From Chiloscyllium plagiosum (Eukaryota): DNA of 20,000 nt. This document shows positions 1 through 11,477 of the stretch, in pieces (the stretch's first letter is position 1; each line of letters opens with the position of its first letter). Position numbers and translations under genes: made by a program. Below the pieces are notes generated by a model. It saw nothing but the letters and a program-made list of their open reading frames with translations, was not told where the DNA came from and made no database searches. The DNA lies in the NCBI RefSeq assembly GCF_004010195.1, contig NC_057718.1:14708358-14728357 (forward strand), given 5' to 3'.

Positions 1-754
1 ATACTATTGAGGGGAAGTGCCTGGATATGGGCTGGAGGCTTTGTGCAATGGCAAGGCTGGGAGTGGTGATGCATGGCTTGGAGCGATTACATACCCAGGT
101 CAAAGGTCACCAATTCAGAGCCGAGGAGATTGGTAGCTATTTTGCTAAAGCTAACATCGTTGCTTTTTTTTAAAATAAGAAAATAGTTGAGTTTCAAATC
201 TGTGCTAAGAGTGTTAAAAGAATGCTCTTGACTTTAAGTTAGAGCTGCAAAGTCATGGTGTCAGTGGACACTCTCATGCAGGTATCGTTCTGCAGTGCTG
301 ATGTGGGAGTCTTTGCTACTGGAGCTGGTTGGTCAGAGGGTCATGGCTGCCAGTTAGTACAGTCAATTAAACAAGGATTACATTCTCAATGAGACAGGTT
401 ACATGGAGAAGAGTGCTTTCAGCTTGCTGGCTCCCAGCCTGGCAGCACGATTTCTTATAAAGATTTCAAGGAGTTGGCACGGGTGCAGGATAACTGCTAT
501 ACCCAGGCCCTGCCAAGAAAATACATTGATCCAATATAAATATAGTCCAATATCACAAATGGCCAGGTAATCCAATGCCTTCTTGGGATATAATAAAGAG
601 TGATTAAGATAGCACCTCTGGAAACTGTTCAGTTTTAGCATCTCTGGGTCTGAAATGCCAATAACTTCATCATGTTAATACTAGGACCAGAACTAGTTCA
701 TCATTTTCAAAAGGGGAATAAAATCCAGCTGAATTGGACTGTCTATACCTGATG

Positions 755-880
755 AAATAAAACAAAGAACTGCAGACGCTGCAAAGGTCATTGGACTTGA
801 AATATTAACACTGTTTTCTCCCTACAGATGCTGCCGGACCTGCTGAGTTTCTCTAGCAATTTCGTTGCCTCTATCTGATG
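755..880 (+). mobile_element. Short degenerate Penelope-like pseudo-LTR-derived repeat
   Basis: Contains 'gaaatattaacactgttttctccctacagatgctgccggacctgctgagtttctctagca', similar to the other short elements at 3868, 12625, 13345 and 19380. It is preceded by an inverted arm 'aaagaactgcagacgctg'. Confidence 0.6.
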
Positions 881-1967
881 TTGCCTTACGCCAAGTCTGT
901 CCCAAATATGCGCACAATGTAGCAAAAAGGTGCCAAAATACAGTGGAAGTTGAGCTGAAGTAGCCTTCCCATTGCTACAAATCACTGTATCCTCAGAGAA
1001 ACTGATCAGAGTTTAATAGCACTTGCCTACGGTGATGTTTAGTTTATATATCTCAGAGTAATGCAGAGATGACACTCACTTCTAAAGCATAACAGATTGA
1101 GTTGCGAGAATTTTAAAATATCTCTCCAAACACAAAATGTCTCCGTCCATTCTGACGACTCATGCTTGTCCAGCTTCTGTGGTGTCTGTTTATTTTGCTT
1201 TGACTCCACATTCAGGATTTTTGATAAATCAAGCACAGATATCAGACTCTCAAAATTGACTGCAGGTTAAGTAACCCATTGAGAACCATTCAGGACAGCT
1301 GTCTCTTTAGCTGCAAGACAACAATAGGGATTACTTTCTAGCGTGGACTCTCACTCTCACTTCCTACTTCTCCACAGTCCTTTCCCAACTCTTTTTTTCT
1401 ATTGTTTCAGGATGAGGTCATGCCTTAAGGCTATCTGGATTTCTTAAAGCCATTCACCTGACTTGACCATGTATGCGATGAAATTTACTGAATTTCCTGA
1501 ATTTACTCCTGAATGGTTTTAAGATTGTGTCCCAACAGAATTGAACAGACAAACCAGTTTCTCTGCAGTCACTCTTTTAATTAAAAATCTGCTTTATCAT
1601 TTCAATAGCCCCGGCTGAATTTTCAGGACCTGGAATGGGACCTGGAAACCACTAGGCCTTCAGATACGTTGACTTCCTGACCCCATTCCTGACATTGGCC
1701 ACTCTGAGGCCTGGACCTTTCTCCACAACCCCTTGCTTCTATGAGGTGCGGCAAGTAATTAGACCTGTCAATGGCCTTGTTAAAGATAAGTTAAGGAAGC
1801 TGTCAGGGATTTTCCAATTTCCCCAAATTGTCAAAGGCAGCTCCATTTCCAGAACCCTCTTGGCCGGCTGTTTAGGTGTCCCTCCTCTGTTTTCCCACAA
1901 TAGAGCATCCCCAACCACCACCATTGCAACCAAGCTGATGCTTTTTGGGATTTGATATACAAAGAAA

Positions 1968-2283
1968 AGAATCCCTACAGTGTGGAAACAGGCCCTCTGC
2001 CCAACAAGTCCACATCGACTCTCCAAAAGGTAACCCACCCAGATCCAGTCCCCTACACTGTTACTCTACATTTATCCCTGACTAATACACCTAACCTACA
2101 CATCCCTGAACACTATGGGCAATTTAGTATGGCCAATTCACCCTAACCTGCATATCCTTGGATGTGGGAGGAAACCGGAGCACCCGGATGAAATCCACAC
2201 AGACAGTCACCGAGACAGGAATCAAACCCGGGTCCCAGGCTCTGTGAGGCAACAGTGCTAACCACTGAGCCACCGTGCTGCCC
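1968..2283 (-). mobile_element. HE1-type tRNA-derived V-SINE, near full length, with an internal deletion
   Basis: The minus strand begins GGGCAGCACGGTGGCTCAGTGGTTAGCACTG (box A) and has a box-B-like GGGTTTGATTCC, a V-domain-like core and a CR1-like tail (GGGCCTGTTTCCACACTGTAGGGATTC). It is collinear with the copies at 5810 and 16435. Confidence 0.9.
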
Positions 2284-3299
2284 CAAATATAAATTTGGAA
2301 TTTATATTTTTCAGAAAATGGCCCAGGCATGCCCCTTCTTGTTGAAGCGCCCTCTGAAGTATTTAGTCAGTACTGCAGTTGAGGGCATGCCTAAAGCTGG
2401 AGGCTTCTGTGGACCAGGAGCTTGGTTCTGTTTCAACTGGGGTCTCATGCTGCGAAGTGAAAGACTTACCTCCTAAAGGAGCAACAGAATCAGAATTGTA
2501 CCCCAAAGTGCTGTGAACTCAGCACAAACCTCTGACACACGTGTGGAGGGAGCCACAAACAACACAACACAACACCAATGAGTGTGGCTTCCACAGACCA
2601 TGCGGCAGATTAAAACTTAACATCAGCAAATGAGGAGGCTAATGCTTGGCTTCAGAGATTTGCACTCGCTAAACAAAATAACACTCCCACACAATGGGTC
2701 ACATGGCCCTGCTGCGGGGCTATTCTTGGTGCAGCTCAGGGTGCCAACTTTAAAAGTCGGCGCTGATGCAGGAAGAAAAGATTAGGTGAGTGACATACTG
2801 GGGCATGTTGTCTAACTTAGAATAGAAGAGAGAAAGCAACTTGACACTGCTCCAGATGCTGTGGTGTTTGAGGTAACAGCAGTCAACTGTGTTAAGTGTA
2901 AATTATATGGAAGCTGTTATCAAGGTGATACTGCCTTGTAATCAAAGGCACATTAGACATGCTTATTTCCTGCATTTTGAGATGGGAATAATGCAGTTTA
3001 TAGTTTTATTTACATTCATTTCAGCAGCTGTTGGGAATTGAATCCTGTGTTAGTACAGGGTGGATGACCATAAAACTTACAGTAAGCACCTCCCCTTGAA
3101 CAAACAATGAGCAGAAAAATACAATGAAACAGGAGTACCCTTAACATGTGGATCACATTGGTTCCAAATTCTTGGACATCAGATTTGCTTTTGGATACTC
3201 AGCGGTGAGATTAGGAAAACTGTGGTGCAGGTCTTCCAATGGGGAGACAGTGATTGCAGAAAATCTCGGCCATTAACAGGCGCAAAAGGTTACTCACCG

Positions 3300-3776
3300 C
3301 TGCCTCAGACAAGTGTGGCTCCAGCAACACACAAGAATCTTGACAGGTCCAAAACAAAGTGACCAACGCCATCGGCACCCCATCCCCTACCCTCGACATT
3401 CATTCTCTCGCCCACAATGCTCAGTCACAGCGACGTTTACCATCAACAAGATGCACTGCAGCATATCACCAAGGCTCCTCAGCCAGCACCTTCCAAATGC
3501 ATGACCCTCCTGCTATCATCGAGACGGACAAGGGCAGCAGATGCACAGGAACGCCATCACCTGCAAGTTCCCCTCCAAGCCACCCACCACCCTACCTTAG
3601 AAAGGTATCGCCGTTCCTGATCAGTCACTGGGTCAAGATCCTGGAATTCCCTCATATGTACTTGCCTCAAGTGATTCAAGAAGGTAGCTCACAACCGCCT
3701 CCTCAAGGTCAACTAGAGATGGGTAATAATTGCTGACTCAAGTAGCAATGTCTATATACCCTGAATGAATAAAACT
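3300..3776 (+). mobile_element. 3' end of a CR1/L2-group LINE (same family as 8460-11040)
   Basis: Decayed C-terminal ORF2 peptide (TINKMHCSISPRLLSQHLPN). The 3' UTR ends 'gatgggtaataattgctg...tgaatgaataaaa' and is the reverse complement of similar sequence at 8460-8900. Confidence 0.85.
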
Positions 3777-3867
3777 TTACAAAACCAATGAAAAACCAAG
3801 GTATATTCAGTGACACTGTGAGCTCTTCCTCCCAATAGTGTAAGGTTGAGCAGAGTCAGAGAAAACG

Positions 3868-3990
3868 TATGAGAGTGAGTACTGCAGATGCTGGAGATGA
3901 AGGGGGGCTTTTGCCCGAAACGTCGATTTTCCTGCACCTCGGATGCTACCTGACCTGCTGTGCTTTTCCAGCACACTCTAATCTTGATTC
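3868..3990 (+). mobile_element. Short PLE pseudo-LTR-derived element with a degenerate hammerhead core
   Basis: An inverted arm 'gagagtgagtactgcagatgctggagat' is joined to 'gggcttttgcccgaaacgtcgatt...gatgctacctgacctgctgtgcttttccagca'. It matches the copies at 11750, 13418 and 19880. Confidence 0.8.
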
Positions 3991-4659
3991 AGGGAAACTG
4001 CAGCCTTCCCTTTGGACAGAAGGACACACTGCCCCCACTTGCCCCATGCAATAAAAGATGGGATCAGAGAACAAAACAGCCCCAGCTCCCCATCAAAAAT
4101 GGGATTTAATATTCAAACAATGTTCTTTAAAATTAACAGGAACGGATATAGTTCAAAAGACAGTTTAACCTACATTATCCATCAGAACTTGCGCAAACAG
4201 CAGCCTAATGAGACATTTCCTTTTGTGTGATTTGCTTTTGACTTTGTTTTTCTTAGTGAATGAAAGTACATCATGTATCTTTGGCTATTTGTATTCATCT
4301 CCTGTGGTGTTTCTGTGTTGTACAAGAGATTTCAATTGTCTCAAGTGCTTGGCAATTTTCATTTTCCACACAGAGGGGTCCACCCCCATTCTGGAAGGTC
4401 AAGGAAGTCCCACTGTAATCCTTGGCAATGTCTTAAAGCTTGTACATTTGGTGACTTAATATATTTCAGCAGAACATGACTGGGCCAGGGATCATTAGTT
4501 CAGGGATGTAGTCCTAGTATGAGCGGGGATTAAGAAAAATGTGTTTCAGACCAACAACAAGTCACAGATTTCGTGCAGTCTTATGCGCACCTGGCCTGTG
4601 ACTCAATTCAATCAGAAGTGACATGTATCAATTGGAATGTTCTACGTGAGGAATACCAA

Positions 4660-5072
4660 GAGGGGACAGAGAGAGAGAGAGAGAGGTGGGGGGAGAGGGA
4701 CAGACAGCACATGCTTGAGCGAGTGACTGTCAGGGAGTGCAGAGAAAGTGGAGGGATGACAGCCAATGTGGAAGACTCCAGGGAAACACAATGAGACTAT
4801 GAGGGCAGGCGACAGAGTGCAAGGGCCTGTGAGTACTGAGGAAGAGAGAGGGGTTGGGTGAGGGAGTGAGAGTGAGAATGATGAGTGACAGTGATGAGTG
4901 AGCAAGACAGGGAATGGGAAGGTGAGGGAGGCCAGCTGTTTGCCAGAGAAAGGCTGGATGAAAGAATGAGGGAAAGAGAGGAGTAGGGACGGGGAGAGGT
5001 GGAAAGTGAGAGAGAGTGAGGGTGAGAGTAAGATGGGTCGAGATATTAGGAAAGAGAGAGACATGAGGGAGA
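4660..5072. repeat. Purine-rich (GA/GGA) low-complexity tract including (GA)n
   Basis: Strong G/A strand bias and a gagagagagagagagag run near 4669-4685. Confidence 0.8.
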
Positions 5073-5212
5073 GTGTATATTCGTGGCTGAGATAGACAGT
5101 TTTTTAATCAGTCAGGGAATCGAGGGTGATGGAAAAAAGGCAGGAAGATGGAGTTGGGGATTATCACATCAGCCATGATCACATTGGATGGGCTGAATAG
5201 CCCTGTTTTATG
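5072..5212 (+). mobile_element. 3' UTR fragment of a CR1-type LINE
   Basis: 'gctgagatagacag...aaggcaggaagatggagttg...atcagccatgatc...gatgggctgaatagcc' is the reverse complement of similar pieces at 7285-7437 and 19670-19830. Confidence 0.7.
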
Positions 5213-5574
5213 AACTAATGAATACAACAAATGGCGAGAAACAGACAATGAACTGAATCTAATAGAACTGGCTCATCTGTTCCCAGAGATTCCCTGCAGT
5301 TATCAACTTATTCCTAACAATCCCATGACCTTATTTCTGAAGGGCAATGCTAACTGTGCAAGGCAGGATTGGTGGAAACAGCAATTCACATTGTAACAGT
5401 AGCAAAAGACTGTGCACTCTTCGGGAGAAAATTTCACAAAATTTCACAAACTGAAACTATAAAGATCCTCTGCTGATGTCAGGCGGTATTCCTGCACACT
5501 CCCCCGATACAAATCAGAGAACCATGGGATTTGTTTGTCAATTGCTGTTTAAAAATCTGTCAAATCCAGACCAT

Positions 5575-6285
5575 GAGAATGTTGATTTTAAAATTCCCAC
5601 CCTCGTTTTCAACACCCACCATGGCCCAGTTCCCTACCTATTTCTTGTAACCTCCTCCAACCCCGCAACGGCCAAGTTATTCTGACCATTTGAGCCCCCC
5701 TGATTTTAGCTCTTCGTAATTGGTGGCCATGCCTTCAGCTGCCTGGGCCTTGGAATCCCTTCGCCAAACCTCTCTGTTCCCCTTTAAAAGTGACCCCTTT
5801 GGTCAAGTATTAGAATCCCCACAGTGTGAAAACAGGTCCTTCGGCCCAGCAAGTACACGCTGACCCTCTGAACAGTAACCCACCCAGATTCACTCCTCTA
5901 TGACTCTACATTTCCCCTTGACTAATGCACCTAACCTACACATCCCTGAACACTATGGGCAATTTAGCATGGCCAATTCATCTACCCTGCATATCTTTGG
6001 ACTGTGGAAGGAAACTAGGCACCCAGAGGAAACCCACACAGACACGAGGAGAATGTGCAAACTCCACACAGACAGTCACCCGAGGCTGGAATTGAAGCTG
6101 GGTCCTCTGGTGCTATGAGGCAGCAGTGCTAACCACTGAGCCACCGTGCCCCCCCCCCCCCACCGAAGTCTTTGGTCACATGACCTCTTATCTTCACTAA
6201 GGCAACTCAATATCATAGTTTCATTTGTAATACTCCTGCAATGTGCCTTGCGATGTTTCCTTGCATGAGAGGTGCTACAGACTCA
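5575..6285 (+). mobile_element. L2-type LINE 3' end, interrupted by an HE1 SINE (5810-6165)
   Basis: Contains 'ttttaaaattcccaccctcgttttcaa...attggtggccatgccttcagctgcctgggcc...ctttggtcaagt'. It resumes after the SINE as 'ctttggtcaca...gtgccttgcgatgttt...aggtgctaca', an L2-like tail. Confidence 0.65.
5810..6150 (-). mobile_element. HE1-type V-SINE, full length, with a poly-G run at its 5' end
   Basis: The minus strand has box A TGGCTCAGTGG, a box-B-like GCTTCAATTCC, an intact central domain and a CR1-like tail. A C-run lies at 6148-6161. Confidence 0.9.
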
Positions 6286-7284
6286 GGAACATACTCTCAC
6301 TGTGGAAGACTTGACTTCCATTTCACGTGAAAGTGAAGTGAGATTCACAAAGGCGTCACTGGGACACGATGCAAGTCTCACAGTCCCTGTTGTGACCCCA
6401 GGATTACCTCATCACCTCGCCTCGGTTTCAGCCTGTTTCTAAACATATTTTCATTTTCTTTCAGGAGTATCACCGTTAGCCAGGACCTCGAACCAGACGG
6501 TGCAGAAGTAGACCACCTGCTACACCTCACTTCATCTTTGCTTGCCCAGAATCTCACCTCCTGACCCTTTTGTCACACTGTTAACCCCCTTGACCCTGAC
6601 GGCAAGACATCAAAAAGGGCAGTCAATGAACTGGGTACCTCTGTGGTTCCCTGAGAGCTCAGGGTTAACAGACGTGGCACTTTGCCATCCTTCAAGGGAA
6701 ACTTGGCAGCGCACAGAAGGGTCCTTTCTGCTGGCTGTCTGCCGGGATCCCACAACATGTGTCACATTTGTCATCTCATTCATTACCAAGCGGAAAAGCA
6801 TCGACGTCCCCGCCTCCCTCTTTCACTCACTGACCTCCCTCTGAGCTTTGAAGTGAGCAGGTTGTTTGTGGTGCGTGGAGGCAGCTGATAACCGCAGTTT
6901 AACGTTACAAAGTGTCGTGTGTGTTGGCAATTTGGAGAGAAGCCCTTAAATTCCCACCTTTGAAGTCCGAACCCTGCTTCCTTGGTCCGCAGTCAGATTT
7001 ACCATTGTCCTGGGAGCATAAAACCTCGCCCCTTGACCTCAGTCGCTTATGTTACAGTCCATGCTCCTCACTTTGTGCTGTGTTCAATTCTTAGTGGAGC
7101 TTGTCCGTCCAAAACAAAGAAGGCGAGAAGTCTTTAGTCTACAAAGAACACATCTCTATTCAGTGTGCAACTGCATTTTGTTTCATGGGGTCTCCTCGTA
7201 CGTCTCTCTCGAACCTTGTTAAATCTATGATTAGTTTTCCCACAAATATCAAACATGTTTAAAGAAAATGCTCCCATCTATGTA

Positions 7285-7437
7285 AAAGACCGTAACATGT
7301 CAGGGCAGAAGCAGCCCATTCAGCCCATCGAGCCTGCTCTGCCATTCAACGAGATCATGGCTCATCTGATAACCTTGAACTCCACTTTCCTGTCTTTTCC
7401 CCGTTATCCTTACTGACTAAAATCTGTCCAACTCAGC
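7285..7437 (-). mobile_element. 3' end fragment of a CR1-type LINE
   Basis: 'cccattcagcccatcgagcctgctctgccattcaacgagatcatggctcatctg...actccactttcctg', homologous to 5072-5212. Confidence 0.75.
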
Positions 7438-7439
7438 AA

Positions 7440-7640
7440 CTATCACGACCTCAGCATGTCCCAAAGCTGTTCACAGGCAATAAGGTATTCTTGAAGAGTC
7501 ACCATCATTGCAACCTAGGATATAAAGTCGCCAATCTGTGCACAGTAAGATCCCACTGACAGCAGCATTATACTGATTGGAATGACCTGTGTTACAACTT
7601 GAGGGATGTGATACATTGGCTGTGGCATTAGGGGGAAACC
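7440..7640 (-). mobile_element. 3' portion of an old L2-tailed SINE (DeuSINE/SacSINE1-like)
   Basis: 'tcacgacctcagcatgtcccaaagc...gccaatctgtgcacagtaagatcccac' aligns by eye with 11270-11430 and 14690-14900. Confidence 0.6.
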
Positions 7641-8134
7641 ACATTGTTGTTTACTTGCACTGAACTGCAGTGGAACTGATTCAAAATAGGAGTTTCCTTG
7701 GGCAGAAGCTAATCTCTGTCACATCCCATGGCATTCCCTGTTTTCAGGAATCTGGATTGGTGGCCAGCAGTCTAACCTGGAATGACATTTGTTAATTGGA
7801 GAAACAAAAAGAAACAACATCTAGGGCTCCCTTGCCCTAGTAGGAATGCTGGCCACAGGCATTCCCAAGAATCTGTATCCTCAGGGACTGGAAAAAAACT
7901 CCTGGGTTGGAATCAATGCTGAAGATAGCTCTCCTCTGAATGTTGCTAGAAACTGTAATCACTGCATGAGTGTATCCGGTGAGGGCAGCAGCCTTAGCTG
8001 TGACATATCCCACTGCTCCTCTCAGCCATCCAGGCTCCTACCTGACAACCAGTTACTGTAGAGAATTAGCAAGGAGCTCTCAATATTCACACAGGTCTGT
8101 ATTCCTGCACCATTAGGACTGGATTTCATTGTGT

Positions 8135-8456
8135 TGCTATTGGAATGTGAGCGTCGCTGACAAGACCAGAAATCACGCTCTCTTCATAATCCCCTCAAAA
8201 AGGTGGGGGTATACCACCTACTTGTACCGCTGCTGTCAGTACACCCCATAGTGCTGTTAGAGAGAGAGATGTCTGAGAATTTGACCCAGCAACAATAAAG
8301 GAATGATATCCACATCAGGATGATGTGTGGTTTGGAGGATACCTTCAAGCGAGTGGTCTTCTGGTGTATCTGCTGCCCTTGTCCTTCTGGGTAGGAGAGG
8401 TGCTGGGTTTGGAAGGTGCTGTTGAAGGAGCCTTGGTGAGATGCTGCTGCGCATCG
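8135..8456 (-). mobile_element. Older 3' end fragment of the CR1/L2-group LINE
   Basis: Minus-strand peptide SSISPRLLQQHLPNPAPLLPRRTRAADT. It repeats the segment at 8460-8790 in diverged form. Confidence 0.75.
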
Positions 8457-11040
8457 TTTTTTAAAATTTGCTTGTGAGATGTGGGGGTCACTGGCTGGCC
8501 AGCATTTATTGCCCTTGAGAAGGTGATGGTGAGCTGCCTTCTTGAACCATTGTGGTCCATGTGCTCTAGGTAGACCCACACTGCCCTCAACGCGGGAATT
8601 CCAGGATTTTGTACCAGCCACAGTGAAGCAATGGTGATATACCTGCAAGTCAGGAAGCTGAGTGGATTGGAAGTGATATTGAAGGGGGTGGCGTTCCCAA
8701 GTATCTGCTGCCCTTGTCTTCTAGATAGAAGTGGTTGAGAGTCTGGAAGATGCTGCCTAAGGATCTTTGGTGAATTTCTGCAATGCATCTTGTGGACAGT
8801 ACACATGCTGCCACTAAACGTTGGTGGTGGAGGGAGTGGATATTTGTGGATGCCAGTTAAGTGGGCTGCTTTATCCTGGATGGTCTCAAGCCCTTGTTGG
8901 AGTTCCACCCATCCAGGCAAGGGTGAAGTACTCTATCACACTCCTGACTTGTGCCTTGTAGATGATGAACAGGCTTTGGAGAATCACGAGGGGAGTTACT
9001 TGCTGCAGTATTCCTAGCCTCTGACCTGCTCTTGTAGGCACTATAGTTAAATTGTTTTTATTCATTCATGGGACGATGGCATCGCCGGCCAGGCATTTAT
9101 TTCCCATCCAATCACATAACAATCAATCACTTTGCTATGGGTCTGGAGTCACACGTAGGCCAGATCATGTAAGGATGGCAGATTTCCTTCCCTAAAGGAC
9201 ATTAGTGAAGCAGATGGGTTTTTCCAACAACTGACAATGAATTCATGATCATCAATCGATTCTTAATTCCAGATTTTTAAAATTACATGCAAATTCCACA
9301 ATTTTGGTGATGCGATTCAAGCCTGGGTCACTAGAACATTACCTGGGTCTCTGGATTAACAGTCCAGCAATAATGCCACTAGGCTGAGGAGTTCTAAATG
9401 CTGCTGAACATCGTGCAATCATTGGGGACTATCCCCACTTCTGACATTATAATGGAAGGAAGGTAGTTGACGAAGCAGCTAAGATGCTTGGGGCGAGGAC
9501 CCAACCCGGATGAACTCCTGCAGAGACGTCCTGGAGTTGAGATGACTGACCTCAACAGCCACAACCAACTTCCTCCGTGTCAGGTATGACTAACCACCAG
9601 AGAGTTTTCCTCTGATACCCATTAATTCTGGTTTTGCTCGGGCTCCTTGATGCCACACTTGGTCAAATGTAGCCTTGATATCAATGGCTGTCACTCTCAC
9701 CTCCCCTCACCTCTGGAATTCAGTTCTTTCCTCCATGTTTGAACCAAGGCTGTAATGAGGTCAGGAGCTGAGTGGCTCAGGCAGAATCCAAACTGGGCGT
9801 AACTGAGCAGGTTATTGCTGAGCAGGTGCTGCTGGATAGCACTGTAATGACCCCTTCCCTCTGATGATCGAGAGTAGATCGATGGGGCAGTAAGTGGCTG
9901 GGTTGGATTTGTCCGGCTTTTTCTGTATAGGACATACCTGGGCAATTTTCTACATTGTCTGGTAGATATTAGTGTCATACCTATTCTGGAATAGGGGTTA
10001 GGGGAACTGTAGGTTCTGGAGCACATGCCTTCAGTACCATTGCTGGAATGTTGTCAGGGCACCTAGCCAACGCAGTATCCAGTGCCTCTCACCATTTGAT
10101 AACACGTGGAGTGAATTGAATTGGCTGAAGACTGGCACGTGTAATACTGGGACCATTGGAAGAGGTCAAGATGGATTATTCACTCTGCACTTCTGGCTGA
10201 AGATTTCGACAAAAACTTCAGCCTTATCTTTTGCACTGATGAGCTGGGCTCTTCCATCACTGAGGATGGGGATAGCTGTGGAATCTCCTTCTCCTGTGAA
10301 CTGTTTAATTGTTCACCACTGTTCACAACTAGATGCGGCAGGACTGCAGAATTTAAACCTGATCTGTCTGTTGTGTGATTTCTTAGCTCTGTCTATCGCT
10401 TGTTGCTTGTATTGTTTGGCATGCATGTAGTCCTGTTTGGTAGCTTCACCAGGTTGACACCTTGTCTACAGGTATGCCTGGTGCTGCTCCAAGCATGCCT
10501 TCCTGCGCTCTCCATTAACACCACCATATGGATGCCCAGTCTTGAGTTGATAAATTTGTTCTAAGTTGGTCCAATTTAGCACAGTGATGGTGCCACATAA
10601 CACAATGGAGGTTATTCGCAATGTGAAGACGGGACTTTGTCTCCACAAGGACTGTGCGGTGGTCACTCTTATAGTATCGTCATAGACAGATGCATCTGCA
10701 GTTGGCAGATTGGTAAGGATGAGGTCAAGTATGTTTCTCCCTCTTATTGGTTTCCTCACCACCTGCCACAGACTCACTCTAGCAGCTATGTCCTTGAGGA
10801 CCTGAACAGCTTGATCAGTAGTGCTGTTGCTGAACCACTCTTGGTGATGGACATTGAAATTCCCCACCCAGAGTATATTTTGTGCCCTTGTCAGCCTCAA
10901 TGTTGTTCAACGTAGAGAAATACTGATTTATCAGCTGAGAGAGGACGGTACCTGGTAATCAGCAGGAGGTTTCCAAGTCTATGTTTATCCTGAAGCCATG
11001 AGACTTCATGGGATCCATAGCCAATGTTGAGGACTCCCAT
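8457..11040 (-). mobile_element. Decayed CR1/L2-group LINE ORF2 (APE endonuclease + reverse transcriptase + 3' UTR), interrupted by a SINE
   Basis: APE motifs NILWVGNFNVHH and RGRNILDLILTN (ORF 10466-10900). RT N-terminal segment LLSYAQFGFCLSHSAPDLITALVQTW (ORF 9697-10026). C-terminal TVHKMHCRNSPKILRQHLP. Many frameshifts and stops. Confidence 0.9.
9056..9385 (-). mobile_element. tRNA-derived SINE with a Meta-domain/SlmI-like core that shares its 3' tail with the host LINE
   Basis: The minus strand has a tRNA-like head (GCCTAGTGGCATT...CAGGCTTGAATC), the core TTCACTAATGTCCTTTAGGGAAGGAAATCTGCCATCCTTAC and the tail GGATGGGAAATAAATGCCTGGCC...CCCATGAATGAATAAAAA, which resembles the LINE ends at 3718-3776 and 8460-8515. 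Confidence 0.75.
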
Positions 11041-11264
11041 TCCTTTCCCGTTGCTAACTGGTAAACTGTCGTGTGTGGTTCAGATACAGATCAAACAGGC
11101 TAACCATAAAAGCTGATCAACAGGACAAATTTAAAATTGAGGAGAATGCAGTCATTTCTTGCATCTTGGCACTGCAGTTAGTGAGTGCTTGCAGTGCATA
11201 CAGTGAGCCCAGGAGTGGCTCTCTCTACCAATCCACCTCAATGTGCAAAACCCTTTAATGTAAT

Positions 11265-11430
11265 GAAAAGAAAAAGACTTCCATTTACATAGCACTTTCC
11301 ACAGACATCGGATGTCCCAAACAGTTTGCATCCAACTAAGTTTTGTTTTTGAAGTGCAGTCACTATTGTGATGTCAGAAACATGACAGCTAATTCATGAA
11401 CAGCGACCGCCCACAATCTGCCAAGTCATC
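11265..11430 (-). mobile_element. 3' fragment of a DeuSINE-like, L2-tailed SINE
   Basis: 'catttacatagcactttcc...ggatgtcccaaacagttt...tttgaagtgcagtcactattgtgatgt', homologous to 14690-14830. Confidence 0.65.
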
Positions 11431-11477
11431 GCAACCAAATGACCTGCTAACTGAACGCTCACTTTAGGTTCTATCAG

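Noticed and set aside
399..641. 80-aa minus-strand ORF
   Set aside because: No recognisable motif or splice context. It may overlap an ancient LINE remnant.
1390..1476. Possible 60-nt exon (tttcag|GATGAG...GACCAT|gtatgc)
   Set aside because: All three frames contain stops and the donor is weak. Unsupported without transcript data.
4642..5064. 140-aa Ser/Leu/Pro-rich ORF
   Set aside because: It is an artefact of the GA-rich low-complexity tract.
5428..5450. Short tandem duplication aaaatttcac x2 (similar small duplications at about 1483-1513 and 17089/17133)
   Set aside because: Ordinary slippage-scale duplications, with no array or CRISPR-like structure.
6625..6656. SECIS-like ATGA...GA hairpin after the TGA at 6562
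   Set aside because: The helix is too short, has no apical AA, and lies very close to the stop.
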